A stretch of 64,000 nucleotides of DNA from Felis catus (Eukaryota): assembly GCF_018350175.1 (NCBI RefSeq), contig NC_058369.1, positions 7,318,001 through 7,382,000 on the forward strand, written 5' to 3'. How positions within the stretch are numbered: position 1 is the first letter of the stretch; every line of letters starts with the position of its first letter. The position numbers were made by a program, and so were the translations under genes. Shown piece by piece: positions 13,844 through 24,654 of the stretch. The notes below the pieces were generated by a model that saw only the letters and a list, made by a program, of their open reading frames with translations, made no database searches and was not told the DNA's origin.

Positions 13844-15760
13844 ATGGATTTACCTACTTATGCACTTATTTTTAGTTTTAAGAAAAGGCAAAACTGGGTT
13901 ATTTAATTTTGAAGCAATGGAGATAAACACCTCTTTAGTAATGGGGTTTATAGGAGTTTTAATCCTTGGTGGCCTTGTTGTAACTTACGTTGGGCCATAT
14001 TATTTTAACAAAGAATTCACAGGGTCCTATCTCATCAACAAAACTTGTAAGTGCCAAAGAGTTACCTTAATTTACATTTATTATTTATTGTTGTCATAGA
14101 TATATCCAAGATGATACATTTTAGGGCAATAGGTAGGTATTAGGGAAATTCAGGCAAGACTACAGTTCAAGTGAGGCATACCTATTAATCCTCTATTTTT
14201 AATTACTTTTTAAAGATTATAATGGATACAATGTTTACATTCAGTGTGATCCCCAGGTATAACTATGTTTGAGCCACAGTACTGATTAAGTCTGTGAAGC
14301 TTTTTCAACTAGTGCATTTTAGCAAATGTTAATTTAGAAATTACGTTGAAGAGGCACAAAAGCCAATCAATGTCCCTTTTATCTTTTTCTTACATATTTT
14401 TTGAGTATATAAATTCTACCACATAGTGATCATACATTTGATTATTACATATATAACCAAGTTATATAAATTCTTAGTATATGAAAAATTTTTTTAATTT
14501 TTTTTAAAGTTTATTATTGAGACAGAGAGACACAGAGTGTAAGCAGGGGAGGAGCAGAGAGAGGAGGAGACACAGAATCCGAAACAGGCTCCAGGCTCTG
14601 AGCTGTCAGCACAGAGTCCGACGCGGGGCTCGAACCCACAAACTGTAAGATCATGACCTGAGCCGAAGTCAGTCACCCAACCAAGCCACCCAGGCGCCCC
14701 AGTATATGAAATTTTAATATACACATTTTGGAATTCTAATTGGACCTAATAATGGGACTTTGTTTTAATGATTATAGAATTTATTTCAATTCTATATTAC
14801 AATATTATGTCTAAACATTTTTTATTTATTTACCTTTTATTTTCTCCCCCGAACCTAGGGATTTGTTGTTTTTAAAATCAATAAGTAATCTGGGCGCCTG
14901 GGTGGCGCAGTCGGTTAAGCGTCCGACTTCAGCCAGGTCACGATCTCGCGGTCTTTGAGTTCGAGCCCCGCGTCAGGCTCTGGGCTGATGGCTCAGAGCC
15001 TGGAGCCTGCTTCCGATTCTGTGTCTCCCTCTCTCTCTGCCCCTTCCCCGTTCATGCTCTGTCTCTCTCTGTCTCAAAAATAAATAAAACGTTAAAAAAA
15101 AATTTTTTTTTAAATCAATAAGTAATCTAAGAGCACTATGGTTTCTATACCTGGAACTTGCTCTGTACATAAAATTTAAAGATCTCTTTTTGGGGGGCAG
15201 AGAGTGCTTCCCCAAAAAGCTGCAATCTTTACTTTTTTTTTTCCATTTAGTCTCCTGACAATGATTGTTTCCCTTAAAAAAAAAGAAAAAATGGGGCACC
15301 TGTGTGGCTCAGTCAGTTAAGCGTCCGTCTGACTCTTGATTTCAGCTCAAGTAATGATCTCACAGTTCATAGGATCGAGCCCTGCTTTGGATTATCTCTC
15401 TTCCTCTCCCTTTGCCCCTCCCTCTCTCTCTCTCCCTCAAAATAAATAAATAAACATTAAAAAAAGAACTTAAAAACCACAAAAAGGTATTTACCTGATA
15501 AGCTCCTGTGGTGGTCCTGAGTGGCCCCCGTTGTGACCATCAGCCTCTCTTTCTAGGCTATCCCTATCAACTTCAGAGGGCCTGAGATCTAAATCCAAGA
15601 GAAAAATAATGGCAGAATCCAGATTTTGTGATAATTTGGTTTGCGGGAGAATGCTTTTTAGCATGCCGGTCAGCAGCAGCACTCGGGAGTGCCCACATAC
15701 ACTGACCAGGAGATTGACATCCTCATGTGAGCTGAGAAACCTCCTCAAAGGTCTTAGGGA

Positions 15761-15797
<37 letters not shown>

Positions 15798-16862
15798 CCC
15801 CCCCCCCTCTTTTTCATTACACATTGTGCCACCAGTCTCCATGGATGGGATCTTTTCTTTTTCCCACTAAGAAAAAGTTGTGATAGAAGCAAAGAAAACA
15901 TCATCAAAGGGATTTGCCTTTAAAGCAGCATATACATTTTTGAAAGCCAGGGTTATCCATAGGGTAGGCCCCCTCCACCTAACTACTGATGAATGAGATG
16001 GGTCTGGCCAAATTTCAAGTCAAAAAAAATTTTTTTAATGTTTATTTATTTTTGAGAGAGAGACAGAGCACGAGCAGAGGAGGGGAAGAGACAGAGAGGA
16101 AGACACACAATCTGAAACAGGCTCCAGGCTCCAAGCTGTCTGCCCAGAGCCCGACGCAGGTCTTAAACTCAGGAACAGTGAGATCATGACCTGAGCCGAA
16201 GTCAGACACTTAACCAACTGAGCCACCCAGGCACCCCAGCAAGTCAAGTGGATGAGTGTTTCCCAAGGGTCACAATTCCCAAGGACAGTCAACAGCTTTT
16301 AATGGCCTGTCAGTGGAACACATATTCACATCAGACCTACTTGTCCATCAAAGTAGATTTCTCACAAAGGGCCACCACTTGGGGTTCAATGCCTGGCTCC
16401 TAAGGCCTCCTTGGTGGTGCTCTAATGGCACTGATTTCAGGCTAGTGGACCGGTCTCAGCACCGTCACAGTAGCCTGAGGATAACCACTCTGTGCTTCCC
16501 ACTCTCCAGGAGGCCTTCACTGTGCCTCTCTTAATATATGCCAATTGTCCCTAGATGCTTCTGTGATTTCTCATCCAGTAGAACATCTTTGTCATTAATA
16601 AAATGTTGACCGGGGGCCTCTCATACACCCAATCATAGTAACTATACAAAGCAAGAATCTGGGATCAATCTCTTACCACCATTTAGGTTGGAAAACCATG
16701 AAAGGACGTGCAGACACAGCACAAGGCAGTAAAGGCCAAAGTGCAAGTTCACCAGGAGCCAGTACTACTCTCAGGCAGAACTTGCTGTTTGGTGTAGTCA
16801 GTGAGCCAAGAGCAGCCTAGAGGCATGCACCCCACTAAAACACTGAGTCACCTTGTGCCAAA
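12830..16862 (-). mobile_element. Degenerate ERVL-type internal region (pol remnants), SINE-interrupted
   Basis: With the 12972-13165 SINE removed, translates SNQGTHFISQNTQFKALRKDIG*NFYVPDGLQIASLIGR*NDL, matching the ERVL integrase core pattern SDQGTHF...HVP....A.LIERWNGL. RT-start-like KLNNPVLPFLK near 13880-13920. Confidence 0.72.
13803..13848. repeat. (GATG)n microsatellite
   Basis: Directly visible. Confidence 0.9.
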
Positions 16863-17364
16863 TGATTTGTTTTGGGGTCTTAAATTATAAAGGTGACTGG
16901 ATGGTAACACAGGTTAATGCCACTGAAAGTTTATCATGCACAGTCCCAAGGGGGCACACCAGCTAACACAGGATCACATAGGGAAGCACCAGGTCAGGAG
17001 GCAGAAACAGGAGTGAAAGGAAAGCATAGGTCAGAGCTGTGTTGGGGGTCCCTGCAGGAAAGGCAAGACAGACCAAGGTAAAGCTAAACATTATGTCATT
17101 TGAGTAATTCCAGGGGGCTCTGGATCATAGGAGTGGCCTGCTACCTAGCCCTAGGTTGATTTAGGGCAGGAGGAATATTGGATCCGAGTGTGGCAGTTAA
17201 GATAAAGGAGGTTATTGGAGTATGGGCTCTGGAGTGGTTGGTCTGCATATGAAAGGTGAGCTTCCAAGGAAGTTATTTATCATCTTTAAGGATTAGCTAG
17301 TCCTGCCTTTCCCTCTGGAGACAGTCATTAGCTGAAAGGTAAACCAAGATGGCACTTACAAGGA

Positions 17365-18339
17365 CAGCAAAACCTTGGATTGTGAGTAACTTGTTCTTTG
17401 AGTGTTCCGCAAGAGGAGCAAACCTTTCTATTTTTTATTTTTATATTTTTTTTCAACGTTTTTATTTATTTTTGGGACAGAGAGAGACAGAGCATGAACG
17501 GGGGAGGGGCAGAGAGAGAGGGAGACACAGAATCGGAAACAGGCTCCAGGCTCTGAGCCATCAGCCCAGAGCCCGACGCGGGGCTCGAACTCACGGACCG
17601 CGAGATCGTGACCTGGCTGAAGTCGGACGCCCAACCGACTGCGCCACCCAGGCGCCCCGAGGAGCAAACCTTTCTAATACGTTTTAACTTGATAAATGAG
17701 CAATGCCTTGCAATACAAGTAGTGCATCACGCCAAACATCACATGATCACAAATGAGCCAAAGGTTCTCTCTCCTTCTCTCTGCGGGATTGTGGGTGATT
17801 GTCTCCCATGCTCCAATGCTCAGTCCCAGGTGAGGTGTTTGGCAGAAATCAGTGATTGTTCAGAACACTGGAAGATGCCCACAATTGGCACTAGTGTAGT
17901 TTTTGTCACTTCAAAGCACCTATAGACAGTTCTTTGCTTTTCTACACAAGAGTAAGCTTGGGATGGGAATGCTTTGCTCCATTCTAGGTCAGCCTGCCTG
18001 CAGACATGGACCCTTTCCTCTGCTGTCCTATTGCCAGTTACATTAAATACAGTATATGACAAGAGTTCATTAATACAGTACTATAGTCAACACCCATAAT
18101 AGTGAAAGTCATTCCTACACAATAACCCTCCTCTCTTGCCTCCCTCACACCAGCCAAGAAGGCTTTCAAAGTTAAATCCAGGTTAATTTATTTTTCTTTA
18201 TATTTTGCATCTTCTTTATCATTCTGTATTATATTACAGTATTACAGTCATTTTTATAGGAATATTTTTGGGTTGTGGAATGAATCATCTGAGTCTCCAT
18301 GATTTCTTATGGGGAAACTCACTTTGATATACAGTACTG
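17365..18339. mobile_element. Non-autonomous TcMar-Tigger-type DNA transposon (carnivore Tigger2a_Car-like)
   Basis: Begins CAGCAAAACCTTGG and ends TACTG followed by TA. Interrupts RPL15 exactly at the TA of the AAG TAC codons. Family name from recall. Confidence 0.7.
17431..17658 (-). mobile_element. Young cat SINE (SINEC_Fc-like) inside the DNA transposon
   Basis: CpG-intact, near-consensus copy. Perfect 18-bp TSD gaggagcaaacctttcta at 17413-17430 and 17659-17676. Confidence 0.93.
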
Positions 18340-19421
18340 TATATCCAGGAGCTATGGAGGAAGAAGCAATCTGATGTAATGTGCTTTCTTCTCAGGGTGC
18401 ACTGCTGACAGTTCTACCAGCTCTCTGAGCTTCACAGGGCCCCCCGCCCAACCCAGCGTGATAAAGCATGCAGACTGGGGTACAAAGCCAAGCCATGTCC
18501 TATATTGGATTTGTGTGCGACACAGTGGCCCAGTTTCTAAGGGTGCAACCTATGGCAAGTCTGTCCACCATGGTGTTAACCAGCCAAATTTTGCCCAACG
18601 CCTTCAGTCTATTGCAGAATAGAGAGCTGAATCCCACTGTGGGGGCTCTGAGAGTCTTGAATTCTTACTGGGTTGGCAAAGATTCCACATACTAATTCTT
18701 TTGCGTTTATCCTCATTGATCCGTTCCATAAGTTATCGAGAAACCCTGACACCCAGTTGATCACCAAACCAGTCCACAAGCATAGGGAGATGGGAAGGCC
18801 AACATCTGCAGGGGCAAGAGCCGTGGCCTTGGAAAAGGTGACAAGTTCCACCTTACTATTAATGGTTCTCACCGGGTGGCAGGCAGTGGACCCAATACTC
18901 TCCAGCTCCATTATTACTGCTAATCTAACATTTGTAAAATTCTTACCTAATAAACAATTTATGTCAAAAAAACAAATTAGCTAGTCTTGGGAGGGGCAGT
19001 CATCTCTCGCCAGGCAGCAAGACCCCAAAGATGTTAAAGCAATATAATACACAGAAAATTAAAAATATGATGAATACAACAGCTAAGCCAATGTCCAAAA
19101 ACAATGGTTTCCTCCTGAACGGAAGAAGGTGATGCAAGAAGGAAGACTCACATGGGTAAGGCAATCTTCTACCTTATTTATCTGGAAGGTGGATACATAT
19201 GGACCCACTATTTTGTACTTATTACCAGCACTTAAGGATCTTCACACAATTTTCTGTTTGCATGCTAGAACTACAAAATTTGAGAGTGGAAAATATCAGG
19301 GGCACCTGGGTGGCACAGTCAGTTGAGCATCTGACTCTTGATTTCAGCTCTGGTCATGATCTCGGGGTCATGGGATGGAGCCCCACATCAGGCTCCATGC
19401 TGAGCATGGACTCTGCTCAGG

Positions 19422-19423
<2 letters not shown>

Positions 19424-19473
<50 letters not shown>
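19424..19473. repeat. (CT)n microsatellite within a SINE
   Basis: Directly visible. Confidence 0.9.
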
Positions 19474-19475
<2 letters not shown>

Positions 19476-19714
19476 TCTGCCCCTCCCCCCCCCACTCTCT
19501 CCGTCTGTAAAATTAGAACAGAAAGAATAAAGTCACAGAGTCACATTAAAAAGTCACATTAAAATAATGTAGCATAGGCGGTGCACCTGGCTGTCTCACT
19601 TGGGAGAGCATAACAACACTTGATCTTGGAGTTGTGATTTTGAGCCCCACATGGTGGGGGTTGGGGGGAGAGTAGAGTTTACTTAAAAAAAAAAAAAAAC
19701 AGGAGGAGGTACAG

Positions 19715-20003
19715 CAGAAGAGTCAAAGAGATGGCAGCATGAGACAGACTTGGACTGAAGTTGCTGCCCTTTAAGAAGTAAAAAAAGATCCACCAAGAAA
19801 GGAAAGTGTGAGGCATCTAGAAGCTGGAAAAAGCAAGGAAACAGATTCACCCCAAGAGCCTCCAGTCCTGTTAACATATTGATTTTAGCTCAGTGAGACC
19901 CTTTTCAGAGTTCTGATCTCCAAAACTGTAAGCTAGTAAAATTTTTGTTGACTTATGACATCATTTGGTGATTTGTTACAGCAGCAATAGTAAATTCATA
20001 ACA
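19715..20003 (+). mobile_element. MLT1-type MaLR LTR fragment (MLT1D-like)
   Basis: Characteristic ctagaagctggaaaa.gcaaggaaacagattc ... gtgagacccttttcaga...aactgtaag ... ttgttacagcagcaatag motifs. Confidence 0.8.
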
Positions 20004-20119
20004 CATTGTAAAGCTGGAATATTAAGGTATAGATTGTGAGGTCAAAGAGAAGCACTTACCTTTATTCAGGATAGAATGGACAGAGCAGAACAGGATGGAC
20101 AACGCATATACAAATTTCT

Positions 20120-20920
20120 CAGAAATCTATTCCAAGAAGACTTTGGCACACCCTGTTCCACAAAGTCAGCTTTTGAAAAGGTCACCAATGGCTTTTATGG
20201 TTAAATCCCATCCTCATTTAACTCCCCCAATCAGCATTTGGTATAGTTGAGCAAGTCACTGCTCCTTGCTTTGGATTAATGGATTAAGACACCAATCTTA
20301 ATCTACTCCTGTTCCATGGGATCCTACTTCTCAATTCACTTGCTACTTCCTCCCATGATCCCAACTGCCAAAGTGTCCCAGGGCTTGCCAATCCTCAGGT
20401 GAAATGATCTAACCTAATGGTTTTAAGTGCCGCCTATACACTGATGACTGAAACATAGGTGCTCAGCCTGATGAGCTTTGTCTTCTCATGTACCAAGAAG
20501 TCTACACACAAACAGATCCAATGGCTGAGCAATGATACCAGGAGGGGAAGGCATCTCTTGTGTTTTTCAGCCATTCCACATTATCTGTAGCTTTTGTCCT
20601 CATAGTACACAACATATCACCTAAACTCCAGAAATGTACCTGATTTCCAGGAAGGAAAGAGAAAGAATGGAGGCCAATCATTGAAGAGAAAAAGCCATTG
20701 GAGACTATCCCCTTTTTAACAGCTTTCCCAGAATCCACACTGATGACTTCTGCCTACTTCTCACTAGCCAGGACTATGAAATAAGTCTTCCCATAAACCC
20801 AAGGAACCCTGAGAAGTAGGAATATTTTTTTAACTATATGCCTGGAGATAATCTGGATTCTATTTATAAGGGACCAAAGGACAAAGAATATTGAGATGAC
20901 TAGATACTACTTGCCATACA
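20120..20920. mobile_element. L2 fragment followed by an old MLT1 (J/K-like) fragment
   Basis: L2-like aaggtcaccaatg...cagcatttg. MLT1-like gctttcccagaa...gacttctgcctac.tctcact.gccag. Confidence 0.5.
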
Positions 20921-21575
20921 AAGCCAGAGAGAATTTTCCTATAAATAACCAAATAAGGATATATATAAAGAGCCCATTTTATAACCCACTTGCAAATATA
21001 CTAGAAAGCACTACCTAAAAACATTTACAAAATGCTCTTACATTGCCAATTAAACTTCCAAATATCTCGTAATTCACTGAAGACTTATATAGGGAAGTCT
21101 TTAGAGGTGAACCATAATGAAAACACCATTATATGAAATGAGTATGATATTGCAGAAATTCTCTAGAGTGTCTTTATTTTTTAAATGTTTATTTTTTGAG
21201 AGAGAGAGCACACAGGACTGCAGGGAGGGACAGAGAGAGAGACAAAGAGAGAGGATCAGAAGCCAATTCCACACTATCAGCACAGTGCCTGACACGGGGC
21301 TTGAACCCATGAGCCGTGAGATCCTGACCTGAGCTGAAGTCCAACACTTAACTGACAGAGCCACCCAGGCGCCCCGAGCACTCATGAGCTCTTAAGGGAT
21401 GTGTATTTACCAAAAATCATTCCCACAACTTTACATTCATTCAGCTTCTTTCCAGGGTGGGTTTTCACACACAGATTAAGATTTATAAGATGGATACGCC
21501 ATTTCCCATGAACCCGATAACCAGTTTCTCTCCACTATGGATTATCATTTTTTACTAAAGGTCAAAAGCCAAAAA

Positions 21576-21576
<1 letters not shown>

Positions 21577-21620
<44 letters not shown>
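21577..21620. repeat. (CA)n microsatellite within the decayed finger exon
   Basis: Directly visible. Confidence 0.95.
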
Positions 21621-21622
<2 letters not shown>

Positions 21623-22129
21623 CATTTCCCTTTGCTGCCTCTGTGAGATTCATAACATTTGCTGCCTCTGTGAGATTATCAAAGATTCGCTTATGGGGCA
21701 GAAGTAAAGTTTTCCCGCATTCATCTTACCATCAGAGGGTTTCTCTCCACTGCATGTTATGACTTACTCATTGACACCTGAACAATTTTCAGCACTTCTC
21801 ACAGTCATGAGTCTTCTTGCATATGAAGCAATCAAGAGTTTCTGAAGGTTTTCCCATATTCCTCGTATGTATAGAAATCTCTCCACTGTTGAGTTTTTAC
21901 ATGTTGAGTTCTTAAAATTACTGTAAGTCTTCCTGTTGTCTTTTACATTTGTAGGGTTTGATGCCAGTATGAAGTCTCAGGTGGATATTAAGGCCTCAGC
22001 ACTAAGGTTTTCCCCACATTTCTTACATACAGATGGCCAATCCCTAGAGTGAGCTATGTGCTATCAAAGCATGGGAACATATTTTAAGCGGTATCTCATT
22101 CTTACCTTCACATGAGTTTTACAGTAATC

Positions 22130-22131
22130 TC

Positions 22132-22166
<35 letters not shown>

Positions 22167-22403
22167 CTGCACATGCTAATGGGAGGGGCAGAGAGGGAGA
22201 GGGAGAATCTCAAGCGGGCTCCATGCACAGCACAGAGCCTGATGATGTGGGGCTCATTTCACAACTGTGAGATCATGACCTAAGCCAAAATCAAGAGTCA
22301 GGTGCTTAACCAACTGAGCCACCCAGGCGCCCCTCTTAGTTATTTTTACATAATCCGAGATCAAGAGTCACATGCTCTACCAACTGAGCCAGGCAGGTGC
22401 TCC
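22130..22403 (-). mobile_element. Nested Can-SINE pair in the zinc-finger exon
   Basis: Two SINE heads (ending ~22333 and ~22403), a (TATT)n tail and a flanking repeat tgagttttacag. Confidence 0.8.
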
Positions 22404-22682
22404 TGAGTTTTACAGAAATTTTAGGTACGTAAAATTAATGTTAGCACAACAGCAACAAAGACTCTCCCACACTCCTTGTAACTGTAGGGTTCTCTCAAGT
22501 GTGAGTTCTTACATGTTCTGTAAGGTATGAACAATTACTGCTCTCCCACATACATTATACGAATGGGAATTCTGCCCCAGGGAAGTTCCTATCACGTAAG
22601 GATGATAAATGAGTAAAGCGGCCTCACATTCTTTAATTTCATAAGGTTCTTTATCCAAATGAGTTTAGATGTGAATACGAAA

Positions 22683-22893
22683 GGGGCTCCTGCGTGGCTC
22701 AGTCAGTTAGGCGTCGCACTTCGGCTCAGGTCATGATCTTGTGGTTTGTGAGTTTGAGTCCCACGTTGGGCTCTGTGCTGACAGCTCAGAGCCTGGAGCC
22801 TGTTTTACATTCTGTGTCTCCCTGTCTCTTTCTGCCCCTCCCCTGCTCACACTCCGTCTCTCAAAAATAAATAAACGTTAAAAAACTTTAAAA
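22683..22893 (+). mobile_element. Can-SINE inserted in the zinc-finger exon
   Basis: tRNA-derived head, CT-rich segment and A tail. TSD agatgtgaatac at 22667-22678 and 22894-22905. Confidence 0.9.
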
Positions 22894-23651
22894 AGATGTG
22901 AATACTAAGGTCTGAGGAACATTTGCAGGTGTTTCTCAAGTGCTGAAGACTGAGTGGAGGTTTTCCCACATTCCCTACATTCATACGGTTTCTCTCCAGA
23001 GTGAGTTCGCACGTGCAAGTTAAAGCACGTGAAGTATCTGAAGGCTTTCCCACATTCTTTACGAGCATAGGTCTTCTCTCCAGTGTGAGTTCTTAAATGT
23101 GTGGTAAGGCCCGATGACTGAGTGAAAGCTTTCCCACACTGCCTGCCTTCATATGGCTTCTCTCTGATGTGCGACCTTACGTGCTGACTGAGCAGTGAAG
23201 AATCATTAAAGGCTTTTCCACATTCCTTACATTCGTGTAGTTTCTCTCCAGTGCGACTTCACATGTGTAAAAGAAGTCCTGTGGATCGAGTAAAGGCTTT
23301 CCCACATTCCACACATACAGAGGGCTTTTTTCTGCTCTGAGTTCTTCTGTGACCCGTACGGTATGAGGAATGAGTGAAGGCTTTCCCGCAGTCTTTACAT
23401 TCATATGGCTTCTCTCCAGTGTGGTGTCTCACATGTACCTTATGGGATGACTGATTAACAAAAGTTCTCCGACAATGTCTTTCCCTTGTGTCTGAGTTTT
23501 CGTGTGCCCAGTAAGGTCTGAGAGCTAGCCAAAAGCTTTATCGTGTTGAACCCTCTCAGTTTTCTCTCCGACAGGGATTTCTTTGAGCAAAGTACAAATA
23601 AAGTTCATTTCAAAGGCTTCTCCATTCTCATTACCCCTAGAAGTTTCCTGT

Positions 23652-23732
23652 CTAATGTGAGTCGTGAGTGTCCACTAAACACTCTTCGACACAGGTTAGA
23701 ATCGTCTCGTCTTGCCCAACACTGCTTCTCTC
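23652..23732 (-). CDS. Translated stub of the terminal exon (ERSSVGQDETILTCVEECLVDTHDSH*)
   Basis: Acceptor aatcagcag|GAG at 23732. The spliced frame hits TAG at 23654-23652. The ancestral-looking frame (DSNLCRRVFSGHSRL) is offset by a frameshift about 10 codons in. Confidence 0.6.
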   Translation of the reverse strand, partial: ERSSVGQDETILTCVEECLVDTHDSH

Positions 23733-24249
23733 CTGCTGATTAGGGTTTAAATGACAACTAAAGACTTTTTCACGCTCATTATGAAAGAACTTCTCCCCTC
23801 ATCACAACTTTTATATATTGGAAACATCATAATTGAAGGCTTTGGTTTTTTGTTTTTCCATTTAAGTGTACAGAGATCCTGCCCTATTTTTGAGTTATTT
23901 TAAGCTGAACAGACAGACTCTGAGGCTAGGACCCTGCATTATATCCTCTACTTTCACAGTATCTTACACAGTTACCCCGGTAATTACCCATACTACATCA
24001 TTTAAAACCTAAATTATTCCAACTAAATCCCTGTGTATCAAAAACTGAACACCTGAGCTGTGTATATGTGGATCTCCTAGGAGAAACAGGTGTGAAATAG
24101 GTTTGGCGTGCTCCTCGAGTTCCTGATATTCAAAGAATCTTCACAGATTCTGCTTTCTTTGGGTAAACGACATTTATTTCATATCATTCTCCCGGATTTT
24201 GTACTTCTGGCCCTGATGTGGGGAAAGGAAATACTTTTGGAGATCTTAC

Positions 24250-24332
24250 CAACTGTATTCCATTTGGTGTTTTTTCCCAAGGAATCTCACGAAGGGGTGT
24301 GGAACCTTTGGTTTGGAGTTGCAAATCCACTT
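24250..24332 (-). CDS. KRAB-ZNF spacer exon
   Basis: 83-nt phase 1-0 exon, tttttccag|...TTG|GTAAGA. Translates EVDLQLQTKGSTPLREIPWEKTPNGIQL, in frame with both neighbouring exons. Confidence 0.85.
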
Positions 24333-24406
24333 CTGGAAAAAAGTGGGACAATATAGTCTTGGCGAAAAATTCTGGGATAAAATTGTTTAAAAGCACATGG
24401 ACTGAC

Positions 24407-24630
24407 GGGGGCGCCTGGGTGGCGCAGTCGGTTAAGCGTCCGACTTCAGCCAGGTCACGATCTCGGGGTCCGGGAGTTCGAGCCCCGCGTCAGGCTCTGG
24501 GCTGATGGCTCAGAGCCTGGAGCCTGTTTCCGATTCTGTGTCTCCCTCTCTCTCTGCCCCTCCCCCGTTCATGCTCTGTCTCTCTCTGTCCCAAAAATAA
24601 ATAAACGTTGAAAAAAAAATTAAAAAAAAA
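24407..24630 (+). mobile_element. Young cat SINE ~75 bp from the spacer-exon acceptor
   Basis: Near-consensus copy. TSD aaaagcacatggactga at 24389-24405 and 24630-24646. Confidence 0.92.
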
Positions 24631-24654
24631 AAAGCACATGGACTGATGCCACAA

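Larger units (their letters stand above)
17306..18975 (+). pseudogene. RPL15: Full-length processed pseudogene of ribosomal protein L15, split by a DNA transposon
   Basis: Starts with 5'TOP-like cctttcc, ATG at 17349, resumes at 18340. Fragments translate [69 protein letters not shown] 18921-18923, AATAAA 18949, short A tail, 14-bp TSD attagctagtc(c/t)tg at 17292-17305 and 18976-18989. Intronless, with frameshifts and stops. Confidence 0.96.
16863..19078 (-). mobile_element. ERVL-type 5' LTR (MER74/MER54-like), interrupted by the RPL15 retrocopy
   Basis: Minus strand starts TGTATT (19078) and ends AAATCA (16863), followed by TTTGGCAC (PBS-like position). The sequence is continuous across the RPL15 TSD. 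Family from recall. Confidence 0.7.
21440..23651 (-). pseudogene. Decayed C2H2 zinc-finger array of the KRAB-ZNF gene (ZNF559/ZNF426/ZNF561-like subfamily)
   Basis: About 7 clear fingers at 23475-22925 (HTGEKPYECKDCGKAFTHSS..., [39 protein letters not shown], ...[14 protein letters not shown]). In-frame TGA at 23261-23259, lost Cys/His ligands, frameshifts and SINE insertions. More degraded fingers continue to ~21.4 kb. Confidence 0.92.

Noticed and set aside
15491..15923. 138-aa and 104-aa ORFs with poly-F or poly-K
   Set aside because: They span a poly-A tract inside the degenerate ERV internal region and show no domain.
18340..18923. Functional RPL15 retrogene
   Set aside because: The start codon is separated by a ~1-kb insertion, and there are multiple frameshifts and stops.
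22847..23404. ORF-track peptides over the finger array (MNVKTAGKPSL..., [10 protein letters not shown]...)
   Set aside because: Off-frame translations of C2H2 repeats. The true finger frame is interrupted.
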